Part shown: positions 39,190 to 49,164 of the stretch, one piece after another
Layout: each line of letters begins with the position of its first letter
Numbering within the stretch: position 1 is the first letter of the stretch
Assembly (NCBI RefSeq): GCF_963921235.1
Contig: NC_086108.1
Span: 6,076,001 to 6,140,000, forward strand
Source of the DNA: Mobula hypostoma
Lineage: Eukaryota
Direction: 5' to 3'
DNA: 64,000 nucleotides
Notes under the pieces: generated by a model
The model's database searches: none
Seen by the model: only the letters and a program-made list of their open reading frames with translations
Told to the model about the DNA's origin: nothing
Made by a program: the position numbers and the translations under genes

Positions 39190-40339
39190 TAGATGTTTAA
39201 ATATTATATTTATTGATTGATTCATTGAGATACAGCACAGAACAGGCCCTTTTAGGACTTCAAGCCAATCTGCCCAGCATCCCCCAATTTAATCCCAGAC
39301 GAATCATGGGACCATTTACAATGTCCAATTAACCGACTAACCAGCACATCTTTAGACTGTGGGAGGAAACTGGAGCACCCGGAGGAAACCCATGCCTTCA
39401 TGTGGAGAATATACAAACTCCTTACAGACAGTGGTGGGAATTAAATCCGAGCCACTGGTACTAGAAGTTACTGTGCTAACCACTACACTACCATTCCGCC
39501 CTAAATGAAGCATTGTCAACCCAAAGTATTAAAGTAAACAATATCATCGTAACCATTGAAACTGTATTGTGTTACCACTCATCTTCAGGGTATCAAACTG
39601 TGATGTACTTTGAAGAGTAAAGACTTCCATATCCACCAACTTCATTGTCTCTCCGGTGATTTCATTTACAGTCGCAACACTGGGTAATCCTCGCTGTTTG
39701 ATTTTCGTGTGTGCTGAAGTGAACAATCTACTCCAGCTTCAGTATAAAGGGATCTCCTCACGCACGCTTTGATGTTTAGCTCTGTCTGACTCCAGTTGGA
39801 GTAATGTGCCCAGAGTCAACACCTCAGTTTAGGAAGGTCTACAGAAAGCAGCAAGTCTGTTTTATTGGGCGGAGAGCAGCAGCAGCCCATTACGCCATTG
39901 GTGTTTAGGATCACAATGAAGGTCATCCACCTCTGATGGTGTTCAGGGCTTCCTTCATCATGTCAGTGGCTCAGTTTTCACTACTGTCATGCAAGTCCTT
40001 GGTGAGGACTCATGAATACCAACACATTCAGATGTAGAAGGATTCTTCATTGCTATTTCCATTTTAGACCAAAACACCTTAAGACATAGGAGCAGAATTA
40101 GGCTAATTGGCCCATCAAGTCTGCTCTACCATTCAATTGTCTAGTTAGTCTGGCCTTTACCCTTTGACCTGTTTGGCATGGGTGACCCTACCAAGAGCTA
40201 AATCACAAAGCCGTAACTCCTTCCAATATAGATCTCTGGGTCATTGAGGCATGCAAGCCGACAAACCCTACAAAGTTGTGGTCCTCTTGCAGGTGGGCAG
40301 AGAGAAAAGGCAATAAAATAAATAAGTGTATATGTATAC

Positions 40340-40481
40340 CTGCTGAGAATGCCATGAAATTTTCACTCTTTTTGAAATATCCATTTTCATCAAGGAAATG
40401 GTTTGCATTAAATGATTCTGGTGACTCCCATTGACTGTTGTCTTTCAGAGCAGAGGAAAGGACAGGGATCACAAGCATGCC
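40340..40481 (-). pseudogene. CYP2-family P450 exon 8 ([14 protein letters not shown]...[25 protein letters not shown])
   Basis: AG/GT flanks, canonical 142 nt and an open frame; start of the FxxGxRxC motif. Confidence 0.92.
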
Positions 40482-41151
40482 CTAAACACAGAAACACGTT
40501 CAGACATGGTTATGATCAAAAATTATGTCAGATGCACAAAGCAGAAAGTATCTCAACACATTAAAAAAATGACTGATGACGTTATACGTCCCAGAAACGA
40601 TGTACTGCAGTGGCTGATGTGGTATTGATCCTCGGAGCACAGAATGTAATACATTTGTGGTCTGAAACCTGATCTTGTTGGATCGGTAATAATAGTATTA
40701 TTATAATATTAATATAGTAATATTATTATTACTGTTTAAAATTTTTTCTCAGCTCAAGCTGGTAACGCCTGACATACAGGGATAGACAAGCACGTTCATT
40801 TCTCAGTTGCTAGGAGATTTCGGACTATTCAGGTGGTGTTTAGTATTGTGGCTTTCTGGTGATTTACATGAATATTGCTGTGTAGGATTAATTGTTTAAT
40901 GCTATTGTGTAGTGACTGGGATGATACCAGCTGTAGATATTACTATTGGGACAATGTATACTCTGTTCATGTTCCATTGTCTTTCAATTTCCTCTTTTAA
41001 TTCAGTGTTTTTCTGTATGTTATGTGTGTTTAGAATCCAATAAGTTGTGCTTGTTTATCCTGTATTATTATATTATTATTTATAGAGCACATTTCATACA
41101 GGCGATGTAGCTCAGAGTGCTTTACAATGGGTTAAAGTGGAGACCATAATA

Positions 41152-42765
41152 CAGTTGAAGTCAGAAGTTTACATACACCTTAGCCAAATACATTTAAACT
41201 CAGTTTTTCACAATTCCTGACATTTAATCCTAGAAAACATTCCCTGTCTTAGGTCAGTTAGGATCACGATTTTAAGAATGTGAACTGTCAGAATAATAGT
41301 AGAGAGAATGATTTATTTCAGCTTTTATTTCTTTCATCACTTTCCCAGTGGGTCAGAAGTTTACATACACTTTGTTAGTATTTGGTAGCATTGCCTTTAA
41401 ATTGTTTAACTTGGGTAGCCTTCCACAAGCTCTCACAGTAAGTTGCTGGAATTTTCTTCCATTCCTCCAGAGAGAACTGGTGTAACTGAGTCAGGTTTGT
41501 AGGCCTCCTTGCTCGCACACACTTTTTCAGTTCTGCCCACAAATTTTCTATCGGATTGAGGTCAGTGCTGTGTGATGGCCACTCCAATACCTTGACTTTG
41601 TTGTCCTTAAGTAATTTTGCCACAACTTTGGAGGTATGCTTGGGGTCATTGTCCATTTGGAAGACCCATTTGTGACTGAGCTTTAACTTTCTGGCTGATG
41701 TCTTGAGATGTTGTTTCAGAATATCCACATAATTTTCCCTCCTCATGATGCCATCTATTTTGTGAAGTGCACCAGTCCCTCCTGCAGCAAAGCATCCCCA
41801 CAACATGATGCTGCCACCCCCATGCTTCACTGTTGGGTTGATGTTCTTGGGCTTGCAAGCCTCACCCTTTTTCCTCCAAACATAATGATAGTCATTCTGA
41901 CCAAACAGTTCAATTTTTGTTTCATCAGACCAGAGGACATTTCTCCAAAAAGTAAGATCTTTGTCCCCATGTGCACTTGCAAACTGTAGTCTGGCTTTTT
42001 TATGGCGGTTTTGGAGTAGTGGCTTCTTCCTTGCTGAGCAGCCTTTCAGGTTATGTCGATATAAGACTTGTTTTACTCTGGATATAGATACTTGTCTGTC
42101 TGTTTCCTCCAGTATCTTCACAAGGTCCTTTGCTGTTGTTCTGGGATTGATTTGCACTTTTCCCGCCAAAGTACGTTCATCTCTAGAAGACAGAATGCGT
42201 CTTCTTCCTGAGTGTTATGATGGGTGCATGGTCCCATGGTGTTTATACTTGCATACTATTGTTTGTACAGATGAATGTGGTACCTTCAGGCGTTTGGAAA
42301 TTGCTCCCAAGGATGAACCAGACTTGACATCATTTTCTGACCTCAATCCAATAGAAAATTTGTGGGCAGAACTGAAAAAGCGTGTACGAGCAAGGAGGCC
42401 TACAAACCTGCTTCAGTTACACCAGTTCTGTCCTGAGGAATGGAACAAAATTCCAGCAACTTATTGTGAGAAGCTTGTGGAAGACTACCCAAAATGTTTG
42501 ACCCAAGTTAAACAATTTAAAGGCAGTGCTACCAAATACTAACAAAGTGTATGTAAACTTCTGACCCACTGGGAAAGTGATGAAAGAAATAAAAGCTGAA
42601 ATAAATCATTCTCTCTACTATTATTCTGACATTTCACATTCTTAAAATAGTGATCCTAACTGACCTAAGACAGGGAATGTTTTCTGGGATTAAATGTCAG
42701 GAATTGTGAAGAACTGAATTTAAATGTATTTGGCTCAGGTGTATGTAAACTTATGACTTCAACTG
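41152..42765 (-). mobile_element. Sleeping Beauty-like Tc1 transposon, rearranged (two right ends)
   Basis: TA-CAGTTGAAGTCAGAAGTTTACATACAC terminus and its complement at 42765, followed by TA; minus ORF 41375-42169 with WSDETK, DNDPKH and NPIENLW (DD34E). Confidence 0.95.
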
Positions 42766-44142
42766 TATATAGGAGCAGAATTAGGCGACTTGGCCCATCG
42801 AGTCTGCTCTGCCATTTCATCATGGCTGATCCGTTTTCCCTCTCAGCCCCAATATCCGGTCTCCTTCCCATATCCCTTTATGCCCTGACCAATCAAGAAC
42901 CTATCTACCTCTGCCTTAAATATACCCAATGACTTGGCCTCCACAGCTGCCTGTGCCAACGAATTCCACAGATTTATGACTCTCTGGCTAAAGAAAGTCC
43001 TCCTCACCTTTGAAAATGGACGTCCTCTATTCTGACTGAGGCTGTGTCCTCTGGTCCTAGACTCCCCCACCATGGGAAATATCCTCTCCACATCCACTCT
43101 GTCAAGGCCTTCCAACACGCAAATAAAATTAAATATAAAAATAAAAGATAAATAGGTGTTAGTTAAAAGCAAGGTTAAATAAATAGGTTTTGACCTGGCA
43201 TTTAAAAATGTCAACTGAATCTACATCATTATAGTTTCAAGTATTGAGATCCACAATTTAGGAGCGTAGTTCAAAAAAAAACAGACCTGCCAATTTATTT
43301 TTTGGGAGAAATTTGTTTAACTTTAAGAGACTGGCAGAAGACGACCTGAGATCATGGCCTCAGGATACAAGGTCATCACTTTAGAACAGAGATGAGGAAG
43401 AAATAAGAGGGGACTTCATTGAAACCTATTGAATATTGAAAGACTCAGATCAGGGGTTCCCACCCTGGGGTCTACAGACCCCTTGGTTAATGGTAGGAGT
43501 CCATGGCATAAAAACGGTTGGGAACCCCTGGCCTAGATAGAGTGGACATGGAGAGGATTAGGGCTAGAGGACACAGTCTCAGAATACAAGGATGTCCCTT
43601 TAGAACAGAAATGAGGAGGAATTTCTTTAGCCAGAGGGTGGGAATCTGTGAAATTCATCACCATAGGTGGCTGTGGTGACCAAGTCATTGGGTACATTTA
43701 AAGTGGAGGTCGACAGGTTGTTGCTTAGTCAAGTTGTCAACGATTACAGGGGGAGGCAGAAGAATATAGATGAGTAGGGATAATAAATGGCCTGACTCTA
43801 CTTCAAGTTCTTGTGCTCTTTTTAGTGCATTATATATTAATACTTTAAAGCCCTACTATTTACTGTGTACCCCAATATAATGGTGATTATTCCACTTCTT
43901 GGAGTGTATGGGATATCCAGGGAGGGGTAGCACCTCCAGTTATGGAATTTGTCATGTCCATTCCGGGCTAGCTCATTCACCTTTGGCCCCCACTCTGCTC
44001 TCTGCTGTGGCTCCAAATAACTGTCTTTATGCGACAGCAGCCACACCCCAGTACACCACTTCAACAGGCTGACTAAAGTCAAATAATGTCAAATAAGTTA
44101 CAAATAATACAAATAAAACATAATATTGATCTTGCCTCTGAC

Positions 44143-44343
<201 letters not shown>

Positions 44344-44885
44344 TTAAGCAAATTTTGTTTCACACATTTCATTTACCAACATTTCCCAACTTGTCATATT
44401 GGTCAATATCGTCTGATTTTACAATCAATAGTCAGTTTATTAGGTACACCTGCTCATTAGTGCAAATTTAGGATGACGAGAGAGCCAATTTGAGACTGTA
44501 AACGTCTGTAAGGAGTTTGTACGTGTGTCTCACGCCGCATCTTCACAGGCAAGCACAGGATCACACAGACAACCGGAAGGGTTAAGTAAAACTAGGAATT
44601 TTATTAATAAACTAATCAGTTGAATTTACAAGGTCTTGGATAACTCAGCCAAAACTCCACTAGGCAGGGATCAAGACAACGGAGACCTGAGAGGATAGCA
44701 CTACCCCTTTAAATACATTCCAGTGCACAAAAGAATCTGTGCCCAGCTGATAAAACACCAGACTAATTACAGGGTTAACCAGTAACTATTCTAATAAGAG
44801 ACAAAAGTCCAAGGATACTTAAGCAACACACATCAGAGTTGCTGGTGAACGCAGCAGCCCAAGCAGCATCTCTAGGAAGAGGTAC

Positions 44886-44921
44886 AGTCAACGTTTCGGG
44901 CCAAGACCCTTCATCAGGACT
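44886..44921 (-). ncRNA. Minimal type I hammerhead ribozyme motif (Penelope-associated)
   Basis: Minus strand reads AGUC-CUGAUGA-A-GGGUCUUGGCCC-GAA-ACGU-U-GACU. Confidence 0.65.
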
Positions 44922-45919
44922 AACTGAAGGAAGAGCTAGTAAGAGATTTTAAATTGGGAGGGGGAGGGGGAGGGGGAGGGGGAGGGGGAGATCCAAAATG
45001 ATAGGAGAAGACAGGAGGGGGAGGGATGGAGCCAGGAGCTGGACAGTTGATTGGCAAAAGGGATATGAGAGGATCATGGGACAGGAGGCCCAGGGAGAAA
45101 GAAAAGGGGGAGGGGGGGAACCCAGAGGATGGGCAAGGGAGGGAGAGGGAGAGGGAGAGGGAGAATGAGTGTATATAAATAAATAATGGATGGGGTACGT
45201 GGGGGAGGTGGGGCACTAGCAGAAGTTTGAGAAGTCAATGTTCATGCCATCAGGTTGGAGCCTACCCAGACGGAATACAAGGTGTTGTTCCTCCAACCTG
45301 AGTGTGGCTTCATCTTTACAGTAGAGGAGGCTGTGGATAGACATATCAGAATGGGAATGGGACGTGGAATTAAAATGTGTGGCCACTGGGAAATCCTGCT
45401 TTCTCTGGCGGACAGAGCGTAGATGGAAGTGGAATTAAAATGTGTGGCCACTGGGAGATCCTGCTCCCAGTGGCCACACATTTTAATTCCACGTCCTATT
45501 CCAATTCTGATAGGTCTATCCACGGCCTCCTCTACTGTAGAGATGAAGCCACACTCAGGTTGGAGGAACAACACCTTATATTCCGTCTGGGTAGCCTCCA
45601 ACCTGATGGCATGAACATTGACTTCTCAAACTTCCGCTAATGCCCCACCTCCCCCTAGTACCCCATCCCTTATTTATTTCTGTACATTCTTTCTCTCTCT
45701 CTCTCCCCCTCCTTTTTCTCCCTCTGTCCCTCCCACTATACCCCTTGCCCATCCTCTGGGTTCCCCCCACTTCTCCTTCTCCCTGGGCCTCCTGTCCCAT
45801 GATCCTCTCATATCCCTTTTGCCAATCACCTGTCCAGCTCTTGGCTCCATCCCTCCCCCTCCTGTCTTCTCCTATCATTTTGGATCTCCCCTCCCACTTT
45901 CAAATCTCTTCTTTCAGTT

Positions 45920-45955
45920 AGTCCTGATGAAGGGTCCCGGCCCGAAACGTTGACT
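45920..45955 (+). ncRNA. Minimal type I hammerhead ribozyme motif (Penelope-associated)
   Basis: AGUC-CUGAUGA-A-GGGUCCCGGCCC-GAA-ACGU-U-GACU: stem I AGUC/GACU, stem II GGG/CCC, palindromic ACGU in place of stem III. Confidence 0.65.
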
Positions 45956-47004
45956 GTACCTCTTCCTAGAGATGCTACCTGGCCTGCTGCATTCACCAGC
46001 AACTTTGATGTGCGTTGCTTGAATTTCTAGCGTCTGCAGATTTCCTCGTCCAAGGATACTTAATTGGACACCTGAAAAGTCTTGAAGAATTAATTGGAAG
46101 TATCCAAGGACAATTGCAACTTAACTGTAAATTGGGGAAGGTCTAACAACACAAAAACCCCGAAGTGCGTTAATTCAGATAATTATAATTAATAAAACAC
46201 AGAATATAAGAAAAAACTCAGACCACTCAAAAAAGTCTACCAATGACCCATGGTTGTGAGAGTGTGGGTTTCCTCTGCATCCTCTGGTTTCTCCCACATC
46301 CCAAAGACATACAGGGTAGAAGGACAATTGGTCACATGGGTGTAACAGTAGTTGGGCCAGAATGGCCTGTTACCATGTTGTATCTAAATAAGCTACGTAT
46401 GCGCAGTAGGCCCCCCCCCCCAGCCCATATGAGATGGTGATGCAGTCGGTCAGAATGCTTTCCATAGTACATTGTAGAAATTTGTGAGTGCCTTTGGTGA
46501 CATACCAAATCTCCTCAAAATCCTAATGAAATATAGCCTCTGCCTGGTCTTCTTTGTAGCTGCATCATGTTACGTCCTCAGAGCTACTGAAGGAAGTTGA
46601 AATTGCTCACTCCTTCCACTTCCAATAGCTCTGAAAATAGGTTTGTGTTCCCTCGTCTTACCCTTTATGAAGTCCACAGTCAGTTCTTTGGTCTTACTAA
46701 TGTTGAGTACGACACCACTCAATTAGCTGGTATATCTCTCTCCATTGCACCCTCTCGTCACCATCTGAGATTCTGCCAACAATGGTTATATATCATCAGC
46801 AGAGTTATAGCTGGTGTCTGAGCTGTCCCTAGCCACACAGTCACAGGTGTAGAGAGAGCAGAGCAGTGGGCTAAGCACATATCACTGTGGTGCGCCAGTC
46901 AGGTGGAGATCTTATTTCCGATCCACACAGATCGTGCTGTTTCGGTTGCAGTGGAAGGTACAGAGGCCTAGATTCTGTAGCTTTTCACTCAGGTAGCTTT
47001 ATCT

Positions 47005-47320
47005 CAGTGGGGAGAGCGGGACAAGGAGAGAGCACGTGGGGAGGGAGGGGGACAGAGAACGCGGGGAGGAAAGAGGGAGCGCGGGGACGGACCGGGGGAG
47101 GGAGACAGAGCGCGGGGACGGAGGGAGTTTGGGGAGGGGTGGTGGGGAGGGAGGGAGAGGTTGGTGGGGACGGAATGAGGGAGAGTGGGGGAAGGAGGAA
47201 CGGGGAGGAGGGATGGAGAGTGGGGGAAGGAGGGAGGGAGAGGGGAAAGGAGGAATGGGGAGAGAGGAGGGAATGGGAGAGATGAGGTAGAGAGGGTGAA
47301 GGTGACGGAGGAGGCCAGAG
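47005..47320 (+). repeat. G/A-rich low-complexity tract
   Basis: Dense GGG/GGGG runs separated by short A-rich spacers. Confidence 0.85.
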
Positions 47321-49164
47321 GGACAAATCATGCAAACAATAAAAGCAAGCAAATAGCATTCAGAACTGAAGGTGTACGAAAGACTCAAAGTCAGGGATCA
47401 CTGCAGTCTGAGTAATCCAGAATGTGAGTCAGAGTTTTTATCACCAGCATCTGTTGTGAAATTCTGTTAACTTAGCAGTAGCAGTACAATCCAATACATG
47501 ATCATATAGAAAGAAATATAAATAAGGAAATCAATTGCACAGCCGCAGTTCATTGCAGAGCTGAGTATAAATTCTTAAAATTGTCTGAGGTCTAAGTATT
47601 GTCAGAGGTATTTATTATTTTGCTCCTGAGATTCCTAATAAATAACAGAAACATTTTGGGAAACTGGGAGTTGAGTATTTGATGACTTGTCACTGAAATG
47701 AACCTCATGGTTTTGTCCTAATTGTGATCTTCCTTGTAAAAATTCTGTCTAATTTATGTTTTTTTCTTCAGCACTCAGCTTATATGATGCTGTGTGCCTG
47801 TGATACTGCTGCAGGTACGGTTTTCATTGCACCCTTGCATGCACAGGCAGCATGGTATGAAGCTGTTAGTACCGTCGTGTCTTACAACGCCAGTGAACAC
47901 TGATCAGAGTTTGATTTCCACCGCTGTTAGTAAGGAGTTTGTACGTTCTTCTCTGTGACCCCCTAGGTTTCCTCCAAATCCTCTGATTTCCTCCTACATT
48001 TCAAAGACGTATGGTACAGATTAGTAAGGGTTGGTAAATTGTGGGCATGTTGGCACCGGAAGGCCCTAAGAAACCATCAAATATTGGAGCAGAATTAAGC
48101 TATTTGGCTATTTCAACATGACTGATCCATTTTCACTCTCAGCCCCAATCTCCTCAATATACCTGTGATTCCTGACAAATCAGGAATGTATCAAATTCTG
48201 CCCAATATATCAATCCCTGGCCTCCACAGCCACCTATGGCAACAAATTCTACAGCTTCACCACCCACAGGCTAAAAAAATTCTTCCTCATCTCAACAATT
48301 CAGGAACAGCTTCTTCCTCATGAATACTACCTCGCTACTTTTTAATTTCAGTTACTTTGCACTACTTACTTTAACTTAACAACTTAATAGGCATATATAA
48401 CTTAAAGTAACTCAGTTTTGTTCTCTATGTTTATTTATCATGTATTTCATTGTATTGCTGCCATAAAGTTACCAAATTTCACAACATATTCCAGTGATAC
48501 TAAATCTGATTCTAATTCTAAAAGGACGTCCCTCTATTATGAGCCTGTGTCCTCTGGTTTTAGACTCTCCCACCATAGGAAACATCCTCTCTACAGCCAC
48601 TCTATCGAGGCCTTTCCACATTCAACAGGTTTCAGTGAGATCCATATTAGAAGTGTGGTGACACTTGCGAACTGCCCCCAGCATAATTCCCACTGAGTTG
48701 TTTTGACACACATGATGCATTTCTCTGCATGTTTTGATGGCTTATGAGTGCCTGAGATCCCAAGAGCGATTGCGTCTGGATTTCACCTCCTAGTAGGGTC
48801 ACCCATGGCAGTAAGGTCAAGGGAGAGATTCCAGACAAAGAGTGATCCAACCAAGACCTCAACGGTGGAGCTGGTGGAAGATGGTGACTCATCACCATGG
48901 CTGTGAATGCGCAGGAAGGCTTCAGCAGTGTAGGGTCCCGAGTCATTTTGCATCCCGTGCCACTGGACACTAACCCCGACCCATCAAGGACCGAGTGGTG
49001 GCTGCTCATGCATCAATCTCCCCATGTTAAACAAATTCACCCACAGGCATTCTCCATTAGGGAAATAACCCCTCAGGAGAACATCATACTTGTCTTGAGT
49101 GATTACTATACTTCCATTTTTAGAATTTACTCATACATATAACAAAAAACTGGAAAACATTTTG

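Larger units (their letters stand above)
44823..46047. mobile_element. Penelope-like retroelement, inverted (palindromic) 3'-end structure
   Basis: Two ~550-bp inverted arms encoding the GIY-YIG C-terminus LPVATHFNSTS...EATLRLEEQHLIFRLGSLQPDGMNIDFSNFR*; TSD GTCCAAGGATACTTAA at 44807-44822 and 46048-46063. Confidence 0.88.
44528..46261. mobile_element. ~490-bp LTR-like insert (TCTCAC...GTGAGA termini, GTGTG TSD) split by a Penelope-like element
   Basis: GTGTG at 44523-44527 and 46262-46266; 6-bp terminal inverted repeat; it interrupts a V-SINE. Confidence 0.55.

Noticed and set aside
40684..40734. AT-rich imperfect hairpin
   Set aside because: Low-complexity TAA/TAT sequence forms such palindromes readily; there is no other support.
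46887..47415. Overlapping Pro/Ser-rich and Gly/Glu-rich ORFs
   Set aside because: Artefacts of a purine-rich low-complexity tract that lacks stop codons.
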